Made by a program: the position numbers and the translations under genes. A DNA stretch of 64,000 bases, taken from contig CM041465.1 in NCBI GenBank assembly GCA_023213395.1, positions 80,855,741-80,919,740 of the forward strand. The letters run 5' to 3'. Shown here in pieces: positions 1 through 12,699 of the stretch (positions are counted from its first letter, which is position 1; each line of letters starts with the position of its first letter). Under the pieces are notes generated by a model, which saw only the letters and a program-made list of their open reading frames with translations, was not told where the DNA came from and searched no databases. Origin of the DNA: Cycas panzhihuaensis. Taxonomy: Eukaryota; Plantae; Cycadophyta.

Positions 1-349
1 ACATTGCAAAAATCATATAAAAAGAGTGAAACAAGGCAGATAATTTATTATTAAACAAAACGAAATTCCTATGCTTCTAAATGAAGTAGAAGGTCTCCAC
101 GTGAAGTAAGTCAAGGGTTAGGTTAAAAGCCTAAGAGAATTCCTTATTATCTCCAAGGATGCAAGGCTAAGCAGAATATTAGGCTTGGCAAAAATCTAAA
201 CCCATTAACATGTTAACTTAGTAAGAGGGCACGATAAAAAAAGCTACAAAAGGATTTCATGTCATCTATATAAGAGACAAGTCATATCTATATGTTGTAG
301 CTAAGTTAATCAAAATTTCACTACAAGTCTATTGTGCATTATAAACCAC

Positions 350-805
350 ACAAAGAAGGCCGTTTGGGGCTTTTGTGGGGTCCTTTACAATCTCTAAAAT
401 CCTTTAAGCCAAAGTTGTTCTCCATTGATAATGTTCCATATTTTATTCGTTCTATCACTAAATTTGCCACCTTGAGCTAATACTTTATGCACATACAATG
501 CTAAAAATTTACTACATGACTCAGATTTGTTGTAAGCCTAATCTTTCCACCACTTGAAGCTCCCATCAGTGGCCAAGTGGGGGGATTTGAAAAGCCAAGC
601 AACAATTCCATTTTCTTCTACAATGAATTTGTTTGAGGCTTTTGGCCTAAACTCGTACTTAATACTTGGCCATAACTTCTAGTGACCTATACTTCTATTG
701 AACAACTAACAAATGGTAACCAAGCCCCTCTTATTCAATGTTCATGCCTCAAACTATTTATATTACTCAAGATATACTCCATCATTCAAAATTAGAGGCT
801 ACTAC
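350..805 (-). mobile_element. LINE (L1/Tx1-like) ORF2 fragment, downstream part, split from 30846-31360 by element A
   Basis: Minus-strand translation continues the ORF broken at 30846 (FGEHFMWW | ..LNDGVYLE..FEA.TLNKRGLVTI..LFNRSIGH.KLWPSIKYEF). The TSD of A lies at the junction. Left boundary approximate. Confidence 0.6.
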
Positions 806-1068
806 TATTACGAGCCTTAGTTTGTAACTTGGTAATCACAAGAGACCATAAAGATGATTTAAGGATTTAATAGTTGAAATAAAATGTTTGATTGATTAAC
901 AATGTTAAATGTTTGATTGATTAAAAATGAATAATGTTTAATGTTTATAAGGGTTACATATTTATATGCAAGACATAATATATTTTGGGGAACAGATGCA
1001 ACCATTGAAAGGTACATTTTTATAATAATTAAATTAATGAATTGATTGCTTTAAGGAGGTATGTAATA
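806..1068 (-). repeat. 3' LTR of element A
   Basis: Colinear with 30608-30845 and followed by the PPT. Contains a small internal duplication (aaatgtttgattgattaa twice). Confidence 0.85.
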
Positions 1069-1099
1069 AGTCCTTTCCCCTAAGATGTTTTATCCACAA

Positions 1100-4076
1100 A
1101 ACTTCTATTCTATAACTCTGAATATTGACTAATGAAATTGATAGATTCCTAGGTGGCATCTTTAAAAGGTAGTTGCTTCCACTTAATTAAGGACTCTCGA
1201 ATTATTTTTAATCATAATTATTTCTTATGAATGTTAATCGTGGCTTCAAGAATCAAAATCAAATTTCCTTCTTCATCTAAGAGAGGTAACTCTATCTATA
1301 CAACAATATGGATACCTTTCTTTTTTCTTTAAATAAGATACACAAAACATGTTATATATTTTAGAAGTGAGAAGTCCTAAAGGATAAGCAACTTTCCTAA
1401 CTCTTTGTTTTACCATATATAACCTATAGAACCTTGGGCTTAACTTTTCCTTTCGAGAACCTTTTAAAGAGGCTTGTTTATATGGTTATAACCTTACATA
1501 AATCCAATCTCCTATCACTAGTTCCCTTTTTATATGATGTTTGTCAACTTGTTACTTTATTCGATTCCTAGCTTCTTATATGTGTTCCTTTAAAATTTAA
1601 CTTGTATCCTATGTTTCTTGAAGGTAGTCAATTACTATCTGAACCTTACTATACTTGATTATCCAATCTTTTACTTGGGTTGGCTAGTAGCCATAGAGTG
1701 TTTATAATGGTATTATTTTAATGGATGAATGATAAGGAGAATTATAACAAGCTTCAGCTAGGTGTAGCCATTTAATGCATGAACTCTATTTACCAGCCAC
1801 CTAGTTCTTTAAGTAATTTTCTAAGCATTTGTTAATTGCCTCAGTTTTACCATATATGTGTGAATGGTAAATGACACTCATTTCTAACTTTATATTGACT
1901 TTTTAAAATATCTCCTACCAGAAGTGACTCAAAAATTTAGAATGCTTATCACTAATAATGTTATGAGGGAAACCATATAGTTTATATATCTCCTTAATAA
2001 ATATTTTTAGTAATTGTGGAGCTGTGTATGTGGATTGAATGGGTATAAAATGAGCAAATTTTATTAAGTGATATACTACCATGTATATAGTATATTTCCC
2101 TGTTGACTTAGGTAGTCATGTAACAAAATATATTCTAATGCTTTCCCATTTTTGTTGTGGGATAGGTAAGGTTGTAGTACTCCTAGTGAAGCTATGTATT
2201 TATATTTAGTTGCCTAGAAAATAGAACATTCAACAATAAATTTCTAGATCTATTTTTCATTCCCTTTTAAAAGAATGCTCGTTTCACTTTAAGATATATT
2301 TTAAAGAAGCCCTAATGTCTTACTAAAGATACTACACATGCTTCCTCTAATACTTTGGTTCGTAATGAAGAATTTATCCCTAAGAATATTCATCCTTTGT
2401 TTTATAGGATGTCATTTTTCCGTTCAAATTTATTATCATTCCCCTATTGAATTCTTTGAATTATTTGTTGAAAATTGGGATCCTTACTATACTTTGATTA
2501 TATATCTATCTATCTATATATATAATCCATAATGGTTTTATCATCAAAATTGCACAAAATTAAGGATTTATATATGGTCAGGGTTCTTCATCCTTTTGGG
2601 ATAAGGCATCAACCATCACATTTAGTTTATCCTTGTTATATATTATGTCAAAGTTAAAAGCCTATATTTTTCTCACCCACTTCTATTGCTTTGGAGACAA
2701 CTCTTTCTACTTGAGGAGATATTGTAAACTATTATGGTCTATTTTTACTATAAATCTACTACCTAATAGTTATTAATGCTATTTAACTAGGCCATGCATA
2801 ATAGCCAATATTTCTTTATCATAAGTTAATTTAAGTTGTTCTCTATTATGTATTTTTCTACTTTCAAACGTAATGGGTTTTCCAACTTGCATTAATATTT
2901 TTCTAATCCTTATCCCTAAAGTATTTCATTCTATTATAAAATTTTAGAGAAGTCTAATGAAATTAAAATAGGAAGTTAGTTTATGGTTTGTTTTTATTGT
3001 TTGAAATATGTTACTTTTTCATTCCACTAGAAGGAATCATTTTTTAATAGGTACGTTAAAGTAGAATTTTTTTGCATATAACTCTTAATAAAATGTCAAT
3101 AATATCCTATTAATCCCAAGAAGCCTTTGAGTTTGGTGATAGTTTTTGGTGTTGGCCATTCTTGAATGGCCTTGACCTGACCTGGACTAACTTTTATTCC
3201 TTCTTTTTAGTTTAGATGTCCCAAATATTCTATTTCCTTTTTCCCAAAGAAACACTTCAATTTTTTTTGTAAAAAACTTTTGTTCCTCTAAAATGTTTAA
3301 CACTTCATTTACATGGTTTACATGTTCCTTCCAATTTTTTCTAAATATATCATAAAAAATGACCAAAATAAATTTCTATAGGAAAGGGCTAAGAACTTTA
3401 TTCATAATATTTTGGAATGTGGTTGTTGTGTTAGTAAGATCCAAAGGTATTAATTTGAATTCATAATGGTCATGGTATGTGATAAAAGCAGTCTTATACG
3501 TATCTTCTAGTTTGATTTAGATTTGATGATACCCAAATTTTAGATCTATTTTTGAAAAGTATTGCACTCCTTGTAACTCATCTAATAACTTATCAATCCT
3601 TGGTATAGGAAACATATTTTTTATTATAATTTTATTTAATGCTTAATAATCTATGCACACATGATAGGATCCATTCTTTTCCCTTACTAGGACTATGGGG
3701 GTTACAAATGGGTTCTTATTGGAAACTATTATCCCGAGATCTAGTTAATCTTATATAGTTTTTTCAATTTTATTTAGATAATGATGTGATTGTTTAAATA
3801 AATGAATAACAATTAGGTTATTGTTAACCTCAAGCTCAATTTTATGTTTTAGCCCTCTATTTAAGGGTAACTATACTGGAAGGTCTTGAAAGACTTTTTT
3901 ATGTTTTTGGATGATTCTTTCTAGTTCGTTTTCTTTAATTATTGGTATCATCTCTACTTGAATTTAAAAAAAGTTGAGCCACTATTCCTTGGTGACTCTT
4001 TTTTATTAACTTTTCCATATGTTTATACGATATTAATTGGTTGGTCGCTAGTCTTTCTCCTTAAAGAAAAATAGTT
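1100..4076 (-). pseudogene. Element A pol: RT (~3100-3800), RNase H (~2600-2950), integrase with chromodomain (~1100-2400), many stops
   Basis: Minus-strand motifs [75 protein letters not shown] chromodomain-like segment lies next to the PPT. Confidence 0.85.
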
Positions 4077-4580
4077 TGTTATATACCTACTCCATAACTT
4101 GAAGAAATCACTAAATTAATATAAAGGCACAACAAGCTTTTAAGAGTTTTAACAATTGAAAGACCAATAAATTAATTGATAAATAAGTGATGTTCAATAT
4201 TACATTTAAGGGCATATTTATATATACATAATAGGTTTTTTTTTATAAATAATTGCAACTATTCAAGGGTGCCTATTCACTTAATGATCGATTGATTAGT
4301 TTTAAGGAGGTTTATAACAGTTTATAACAATTCCTCCCCCTTAGGATGTTTTACCCATAAAACATAGCTAAATAATTACAATCCTTAAAATGAATATTTT
4401 CATTCATTGAGGTTACATCCAATAGAATATTACTTAGATGTTGTAAGCTTTTATTAAAAGATGATTATGCTTGAAGACCTTGGCAATATTTTTCATGTTT
4501 TTAGGATATTTTACATATTTTATCTCCTTTAGTTGTCAATTTATTTCTACTTAGTACATTAGAAATTGAGATTTTGTATT

Positions 4581-6300
4581 TTATAAATGTTTTCCACTAT
4601 CTTCATGTGAAATTACTTTGGTTTTTCTTGAGTTTTTTCTTGAAAACATGATGTTTTTTCCTTCTTTCCTTAATCTTATGAATAACTCATCTAGATTCAA
4701 TTTAAAAGTCCCAAGTGTACTAAGCCATTGGCTTCCCAACATAATACCTACACCTCCCACATCAATGACATAAAAGTCTTCTATAATGTTGATATTACTT
4801 ACTGTGAGACAAAGGTATTTCATCATGCCTTAGTTTGATATTTCTTATCTTCCTCTAATACTTACCTAGAAATGAGGAGTCCTTAATGGAAATAATATCA
4901 GTTACTTAGCATAGTTCTTGTCATTAAAATTATAAGTACTATCTAAAACTACTAAGATTATAATAACTTGATTTTTGATAGATCCTTATAGTTTTAGTGT
5001 ATTTAGTTGAGTGAAACTACTCATAGATGAGATTAGCATATTTAGATTGATAACCTCAAGATTACAATAACTTCCTTGATATTCATAGTTATGATAATCT
5101 CCTTGATTATGTTATAATCCTCACTCATATTCCTCTTCATCAATATTATCATTAGCCAATAATCTAATTGTATATAGCTGGTTCATTTGGCATTTGTGCC
5201 TAGGACCCCACTTCTTTTTGCATCTAAAACATAGGTCTTCTTTCCTTAATGTTTCTTATTATGTTCTTATCTTTAGAATGATTAGTTTAACAGATTGATT
5301 TAAATTGATTGATAATGTTTTATGTTGAGTATTTGGAAATAGATTATACTCAATAGATGAAGGAATATAGGGGTTTGTATTAGTTTTGCATAATACATTA
5401 AGCTTATCTTCATGTATTCTGGCTAATTATATTGCTTTGTTAAGATCTTTTAGTTCTTGGACCTTAACATTGGCTTAGATTTTCATTATTAGGCCATCGA
5501 TGTATGGTTAAATAAGACTATGGGTTAAGATGTCTTATAATATATAACTTAACTTAGTGAAAGATGTATATATTCTTCTATAGATCTAGTTTGTTTTAAC
5601 TTCTATAAATCACAATGGTAATTATAGTTGGTTACTATTTCAAATTGTTTAATGAATAAATGGATAACTTATTTATAGGCTGGTAATTAATTCTCAAATA
5701 TAGCATATTCTAGACATTGCCACCATTTGTATATTATTTTATCCATGTGTAAGATAACCAAAGTAACTTGTTCTGCTAGCTCAATTTCCATTAGACGAAA
5801 ATAATTTTCCATATGCTAAATCCACGCTCCTAGCTCATGTGATTTTTGCTCAATATTAAAATGTTATCTCATAAAATTTTCTAACTTTTTCTTTTTCTAT
5901 GACTATATAGTTTGTAAGCAATTAAAATATGCTTGAAAACCCACTATCTTCTATTCTTTAAGAGTTAGATTTTAGTAGTCATTAAGATATTTCTTAATAG
6001 ATTCATTTTCAAGATTAACTTGAGTTGTTTGAGGATCTAAATGATTCTTTCTAGATTGGTCTCTAGCATATGATTGGCAACTAATTCCTTTATCTTTGGA
6101 GTCAGGAATCATCATGTCTTCTTTTTTATTATTTGTCATGATTGTCATTTTTCCTAAAATTTGATGTAGGATATGGTTTAAGAGAGCATTCAATATTTGA
6201 ATAACTTTATGGACTACTTATATAACGGGTTCATCTATATCCTTTTGAATGGAATTATCAACCATTTCTTTCATACTCATTACTTTATAATGGTGCATGT
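4581..6300 (-). pseudogene. Element B gag and aspartic protease remnants; RT, RNase H and most of integrase absent
   Basis: ORF 4581-4826 (VIDVGGVGIMLGSQWLSTLG). CFRCKKKWVLGHKC at ~5190-5235. Sequence parallels A at 20120-21760. The protease region runs almost directly into the PPT. Confidence 0.75.
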
Positions 6301-6905
6301 ATGATTCCATTGATCTCCTTTTGTAACTATACATTAATTCATCAAATTTATATTAATAGAATGAAGAATATTGTCACGATGCTTGTTTAAGGGATGATAG
6401 ATATCTAACGAATATGTGTATGCAAAACACAATTATAGATATGAGAGAATCTAAGATACTCTAATTGTGAGGGCAAGACTTGATTATAATGGTTGATTTA
6501 ATATTATATCTTTGCATGTCAATAATATGAATTTCCTTTTTCCTAATTATACATAAGTTGTGACTCACCTATTCGCAATGAATATTTCTTATAAAGTATT
6601 AAATAATATAGGATTCTAGTTTGTAGGAAGCTAAAGATAGGTTAACGAATGAAGGGATGAAGGTGATAGAATAAAGGACGAATGAGTAAGACTAACGATC
6701 GATAAATTAATCTAGCAAATGTAATGTATGTTAAGAAGTTTATCTTTGTTATAAAGGAGCATATAAGGTGATTCAAAAAAGTGTATATAAAGTAGCACAA
6801 TTATTTAACCCTTTAAAAAAGATAAAAGAATATCATAATCAAATTATATAATATCTTACTTGGATGGCTCCTAATAATATTACATATAATATAAGGTGAT
6901 GTACA

Positions 6906-7060
6906 GGGTATATTAAAGAAACAATTATATGTTTATAATCATTAATGATTTGAGTATAATGCCCTCTTCCATGATTACAAGTATTACTTTGCTCAATAAA
7001 CTCAATGTCAAAGTCTTGACAAAATTAGGATAATGTAGTTTGACTATTAGTTTTGATGAG
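6906..7060 (+). pseudogene. Captured DUF674-family gene fragment in the leader of B, antisense to the element, ending at a GT donor
   Basis: With one frameshift and one stop it reads GYIKETI/MFIIINDLSIMPSSMITSITLLNKLNVKVLTKLG*CSLTISFDE, then GAG|GTTAGT at 7060/7061. This fits the recalled DUF674 motif GFVKG..TFMVTDDL.V.P.S.ISSI.LLNKLNV.D...LEE..V.IG.EE. Confidence 0.75.
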
Positions 7061-8787
7061 GTTAGTAAATTGAATGGTTGATATTGTTGAAATATTTAAT
7101 AGAGATCATTCAATATTAAGAATAATGAAGTAAGTATTATGAAAATAATAAAAATATTATTAACTCGTAATCAATGTATATGCATCATAATGACACTACA
7201 ATAATAACTCAACAACGATCTCTGTCTTGACTCAATGTGTACTACTCTACCTCATTCACTTATTTATACATCATAAGTGAGAGTGTGTAGGATAAAGTGA
7301 GTTATATGTAGGACTATTAACCTCTAATATAATTAATGATATAACACATATTTATTAACTAATGACATATTGACCACCTACTTGCATATATGTGCATTAC
7401 AATGATATTATAATATTAACCCTCTAAAGTCTAATGCCTTCCCTTAATATATATTTGGGAAATCCTTAAATTTTCAATACCTTATTCTTAGAATTGTCTT
7501 AAAGATAATGTTTTCAGTTTCAACTTCATTCTTGTAATGGCGTTCTTGTAGTAGTCCTTGAGAGTATATTGGCTGTAATACCCAATTACATTAACCTTAT
7601 GTAAACTCTCTCTATTTCTTATATTTTATATTAGAGTTGTGGGCCACATTGATATGTGTTCCAAATCTAAGTAGACCAATGGGGTTCTCTCACTAGTGGT
7701 GAGCTAGTATTATAAGTATGTACTCTTCATTGTTCATAATTGAGTTTTGGTCAATTCTCCATACATTGTACTTATTGTTGTATATACTTTATTTTTTATC
7801 TCTTACTAACCATTAAGGTTTTATGTGATTATTGCATTCCTAATTCTAACATGGTATCAGAGCCCAAACCAATCCTTGTGGACTCTATTGCAAACCCTAG
7901 TACATGTTATCCTTGATTTTGAGCTTTCAAGCCTTATAAATTTTTTGATATGCCTGCTTGGTGATTTTGTCAAGTTAAAGATCATTTCAAGTTACATCTT
8001 ATACATATTTTGTTATGGGATTGTTATCAAATTTTGAAGGGTCTTTTTAATGTTGATGAGAGGCTATTTCCAAGCCCATTTTTGAAGTTTTTTAAAGTTG
8101 TTTAAAGCCTATTAAAGATGCTCAAGTGGACATCTTCCACGCATGTGGCGCCACAATAATATTACATGCAAGTGAAAATCCATGAAAGCTCATTCTAATT
8201 ACTGGAAGACCACCTCTGTTGCACGTTAGTAGAAAAAAATCTAACCAGGATCATTGACAACAGTTGAGAGAGTCCTTCTTGGCTAGGAGCAACTCTATTT
8301 CAAAATTTTTTTGTAGATCTACACGTGGATAAAGGTCTTATATTATTTCTATTGATATGTACTTTCTTTATGTTAAAAATATTCAAAAAAATTCTATATT
8401 CTGACCTATGTTCCTATGTATTTTTTTCAAAAAAAAAAAAAGGATCTCCCAAATCTATTTGTTGGTGAGCTTCCATTACCAGATCCATGGAGAGAAAGAT
8501 TACAGACGAAAAGATTCTCTTTAAGATTCAAGATCACTATTCTACTGTGCTTGCTGATTGGGATGTATAAAAGCTATCTATTTGGGTTTCCTGCAATCAT
8601 AACATGTTCTCTAGAGGCTAACGGTTATTCCACAGTTGTATCATTTTCATAATGAGACCTGTAACTATGCCAAAAGAATCTTAACAATATTATCTGCAAT
8701 ATGAGCATCATGTGAACTATTGCATGGAAATTTTAATTGATTACAATAAGAAGACAATATACATATGAAAGCTTATATTCCATCAAG

Positions 8788-9179
8788 GGATGAGAGCACG
8801 TGAGGTGCTACTAAAGAGCAAGAACCTTGGTCTTTCAAAGGATGAAATGCAGAAACTGTTTCCTATTGTGGTTGCAAGCTCTTTGGATTCAGGAGCCTTT
8901 GATGGTGTCTTGGAGCTTCTTGTTTGATTTGGAAGGAGCCTTCTTGAAGCAATAATGATGATGATTCTAGAGGTATGGCAGAATGACAAAACAATGAATC
9001 TTGATTGATGAGCTTTGTATGAATATTTCTCGGCATTGATGGAGCCATGGGATGGACCCGCTCTTGTATCATTCACTGATGGTTGTTATCTTGGAGCAAC
9101 GTTAGACCGTAATGGACTTTGTCCTTGCCATTTTTATGTTACACATAGTGGGCGAGTTATCATGGCAAGTGAAGTAGGA
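8788..9179 (+). pseudogene. GLT1: Captured fragment of NADH-dependent glutamate synthase (GOGAT), amidotransferase domain
   Basis: One frame with three stops: [127 protein letters not shown]. This closely matches plant NADH-GOGAT. Confidence 0.93.
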
Positions 9180-9329
9180 ACTCCTAGTTACATTGGTCCC
9201 CATTTGATTTTGTTCGGTGGTGCCACTGCCCTTGAAGGGAATTCTATAGCTTTTGGTCTATTGTCATTCGTGAGAATGCATGCATCAGGTTGGCGAGCTT
9301 TTCCCATTGGAGATCCACCATCTCCTCGA
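9177..9329 (+). pseudogene. BSL1: Captured N-terminal kelch-region fragment of a BSU1-like (BSL/PPKL) Ser/Thr phosphatase
   Basis: Reads [23 protein letters not shown]...(frameshift)NACIRLA, then an internal deletion, then PIGDPPSPR. The recalled BSL1 sequence is [25 protein letters not shown]...SAGIRLAG...LTP.GEPPSPRAAH. Confidence 0.85.
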
Positions 9330-10575
9330 TCCATGGCATCCAATCTCACTCACAACATCCTTATCTTCAGCCTGCACATAATGGTTCCCTGCGCAATAAT
9401 GGCACCTCTCCTCTGTTCAAAGACCTACATCCAATGGCAACTCAAATCAATGGCAGCTTTGCACCACTGGTGATTTGTGATATCCACAGCCATGCTCCCA
9501 TAACATCAATGGCCTCCTACATAAATCGATGGTGGTACCTCTAGAATGGAGAATCGATGGTGACAATCCCTGTAACTTGCTTCTCAAGCTCTACAACTTA
9601 ATTCTCATGGCGACATCCCTCCCTCACTCAGAAAATTTATTGGAGCATATTTCCCAGCTATCAGGAATGGACATGGGCGACTCGACTTAGGTAAATATAG
9701 GTATGCTTCTATCCTCATTCCTGTTGGCTTCAAATTGCTATGAGGTTGTTGATAGAGGCATAATGCACATTGATTAGTTGATTGCGTGATTATTATGCAT
9801 TATTTGCCTATGCATGTTGCACCTTAATACCTTAGCCTATGATGACTTGGGATACACATCTCATAGCATTCTATAACCCTCCACCATGTCTCTACCATGT
9901 CTCCAAGCACTCTTGGCTCCTGTAGTCTATCTTTTATCGTTCTTGGTATGACATAATCCTTAGCACCTCACCTAGGCCCTGTTATCACCTTCATTTTGCT
10001 ACTTGTCTCTTTTTGTAGTCTTTTCATCACACATAGTGGTCCTCCTAGGTCCCAAGACTCTCTCAGCATATTGCCCTCTTATGGTCTAAGACCCCCTTTC
10101 TGGAAGCCTCTTAGGGTCTCCCCTCTCTATTTTTCATTAGTTTTGGTTGCACTATTGTAAACTCTGTGGTACCATTGTAAACTCTGTGGTATCATGAAAT
10201 TTGTCATGATGTGACTGTTCAAAAGCCTTCTTTTATTTGGCCACGGCTAATTTTGCATTAAATACAAAATTTCCACATGGTGTTGGGTTGTTTCCTACCT
10301 AGGGCAAATCTTAATCGCTCGTTGAGTTAGGTTTGGGTTTAAAAACCCAAAATTTCCCTCATTTTGTCTCTTCTTCCTCCTATTCTTAAGAGAAAGTTTT
10401 AAAACAAGCTTCTAACTTGTTGTACTTACCTTCTACTCTTGTTATCATCTCCTCTAGGGAAGAAATGTGAGTTGTAGGTCTTCAACAACACCTCTTGAGA
10501 TAGATCTCCATCACCAGTGTCTCACTAAGGCTAAAGCACTAATTTGTTGAAAGATATACTCTTCCTTTGTACCAT

Positions 10576-12699
10576 TGTAGGGATCTTTCAATAGTTTTCC
10601 AAAGGGAGCCTCCTCTCCCTCCAGTTTTCATGGTAGATCTGCCTTAGGTCTACCCCTTACCAGGTACTTACAAGCTTGCATATGCTCTTTTCTTTCACAA
10701 CATAAGCATTTTGTTTGCTTGCCTTTCCTGTTTATGTGTGAAATCCTCCTTCATTCTTCTATTTTGGGAGGCAGACCCTCCCTTCTGTTGGTTTGTCCCT
10801 CTTCTCTTTGAAGTTTTCCTTGGGTCCATCCAAGGAGGTAGAAGGAAAAATGACTAGTGGGGAGAGAAAGGAGATCAAGGCAGGGTTTTGCACCCTTATG
10901 CCTTCTCCTTAAGGGTAGACCCCTACTCTCCATCTCTTTTTCCTTCCCCATACCTCTCTTGTTCACCCAGAAAATTTTAGGGCTAGGAAACTTTGCAAGT
11001 TGCAGTGTTAGTGGCCCCTTGCTATGCCTGCAACCAGCCACCAGAAAACCCCATAAAACCTAGTCATCAACACCCCTTTTGTGTTCCTTAGCTTTGGTTT
11101 TACTTTTACAAAATCCTGCAAAATTTACACTTTACAACTTTTATAGCTTTTGCAACTTTATTGCAACACCTATGTCAACATGCAAAACTTATTGTTCTTT
11201 TTCTACCATTAGATGATTTAGGCCTTTATTGGTCAGCCGCTTGAGTACTTGGAGAAACAGAGACGTTTCACTGTGGAGGGTCATCCATTCCAAGGCTACC
11301 ATCTTTCTTCCTTTCACCCCCCTTATCTGCATTATTGGTTTGTTGTGCATTCATGGTAAAACAAACTAGCATTGCATATTTGATCATTTAAAGATATTCA
11401 TTGAGGTTATTACTTTGCTCCTTTCTTTCGAAGAAAAGCATATACACATATTTTGTCCATACTTGCTCCCACGTGCATCTAGTGTCCCTTGGGATAGGGC
11501 AAACAGTTTGTTGTGTAGGTTTCATATGATTCGAAGTAAGCAAAGACCTTCATTATAGGTATGCCTACCTTTCCCTTATTATTATTGTTATTCTTTGAAA
11601 TTCCAAATATAAGTATTCCTTTCTTGCCTTTTGCTTCTTCTACATTTGGGTATTGGGGAAGGTAAGAAAGCCCGTACTGATGTTCTTTTCGCCATACCAT
11701 CCATGACAAGGCATACCAAGGAAGTAGGCATGGATCATGAAGGAAGCAAGGAGGCCTCCACATTGACCGTCTGGTTTCTAGGCATGCTACTTCTATCTCA
11801 TCCTTTCACTTTTCACCTTCATCCCTCATTTTTTTTTACTCCAAAAAAAAAAAAGGAGGATTAAAGGAAAAGGTAGTTCGCACTACATTGCTTGTCATTT
11901 ATCTTGTTTTTCCACATAAGGAAAAGTCAATTACTTTGCATAAGTAGGTGTTGCTCCCTATTAGCCACGTCTCTACTTTCTCTCCCTTCCACTCAAACCC
12001 TTGCTTCCACTAGGATTTAGGTAGGATAGGTTGTTCATCCTTTTACCTGTACCTTTCTTTCTCTTGCATGCTATTAGGTCAACTCACATTAGTGATTACA
12101 TTCTTTTCCTTAGTTGCTTGATTATCTTTTCTTTTCTATGCTTATGAAAGATAAAGAGAGGGAGGTTAATACTTAAGAAAAGAAAGAGTAAGTGTGTTGT
12201 TCATTCATTTTCCTTTCTACTTAGAAACAAAATACAAATAACAATAACTTGTACCCCCATATTGTCTCACCACATAACAAAAAACAAAGAAACAACATAT
12301 TTTGCTTTGTCTCCTACACCTAACTCCTGTTTCAGGTGTAGGTGCCTTGAGGGTACCACCCCTTAAGGTCCTCTTTCCCTCCTTTAGTAAAGCCTCTCTT
12401 TGCTTTACTTTTCGCCCAAAGTTGGCCTTTTTTGCCCAACTTCCTCTTTGTCCCTCACATTGCTAGCTGCCTACGACTTGGGTATGAGTCTTTCCTTCTT
12501 GGTTAGGACTTATTCCACCTATTCCCTCTTCACGGGAAGGGGCACGTCTTACCTTATGCTCCTTCCTTAGCCACCCAGGATAGGAGGGTCTTTTTTGAGG
12601 TTACTCGGCAAACTGAGGAAGTCCCTCTCTTGCCCAAGCACGAATCGAGGAGGTGCTTACCCTAGAAGGGAGTTTGTGCACCATTTACGGGTCCTCAAA
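10576..12699. mobile_element. Putative ~2.1 kb solo LTR (gypsy, long-LTR type) inserted in F
   Basis: GC-richer non-coding block. Ends TGTAGGGATC...GGTCCTCAAA could be decayed TGTGGGGACC...GGTCCCCACA. The flanks ACCAT/CTTAT match only partly. Confidence 0.35.

Noticed and set aside
8380-8590. Possible copia gag N-terminus in F (ORF 8416-8652)
   Set aside because: Only a vague resemblance (..FVGELPLP..LADWDV), too weak to call.
9015-9473. 152-aa ORF as a genuine host glutamate synthase gene
   Set aside because: Only ~130 codons of a roughly 2000-aa enzyme, with upstream stops, fused to unrelated sequence and enclosed by LTRs with a TSD.
10751-11864. Short ORFs 10751-11041, 10857-11063, 11479-11763 and 11631-11864
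   Set aside because: Overlapping on both strands, no domains, and inside probable LTR-like non-coding DNA.
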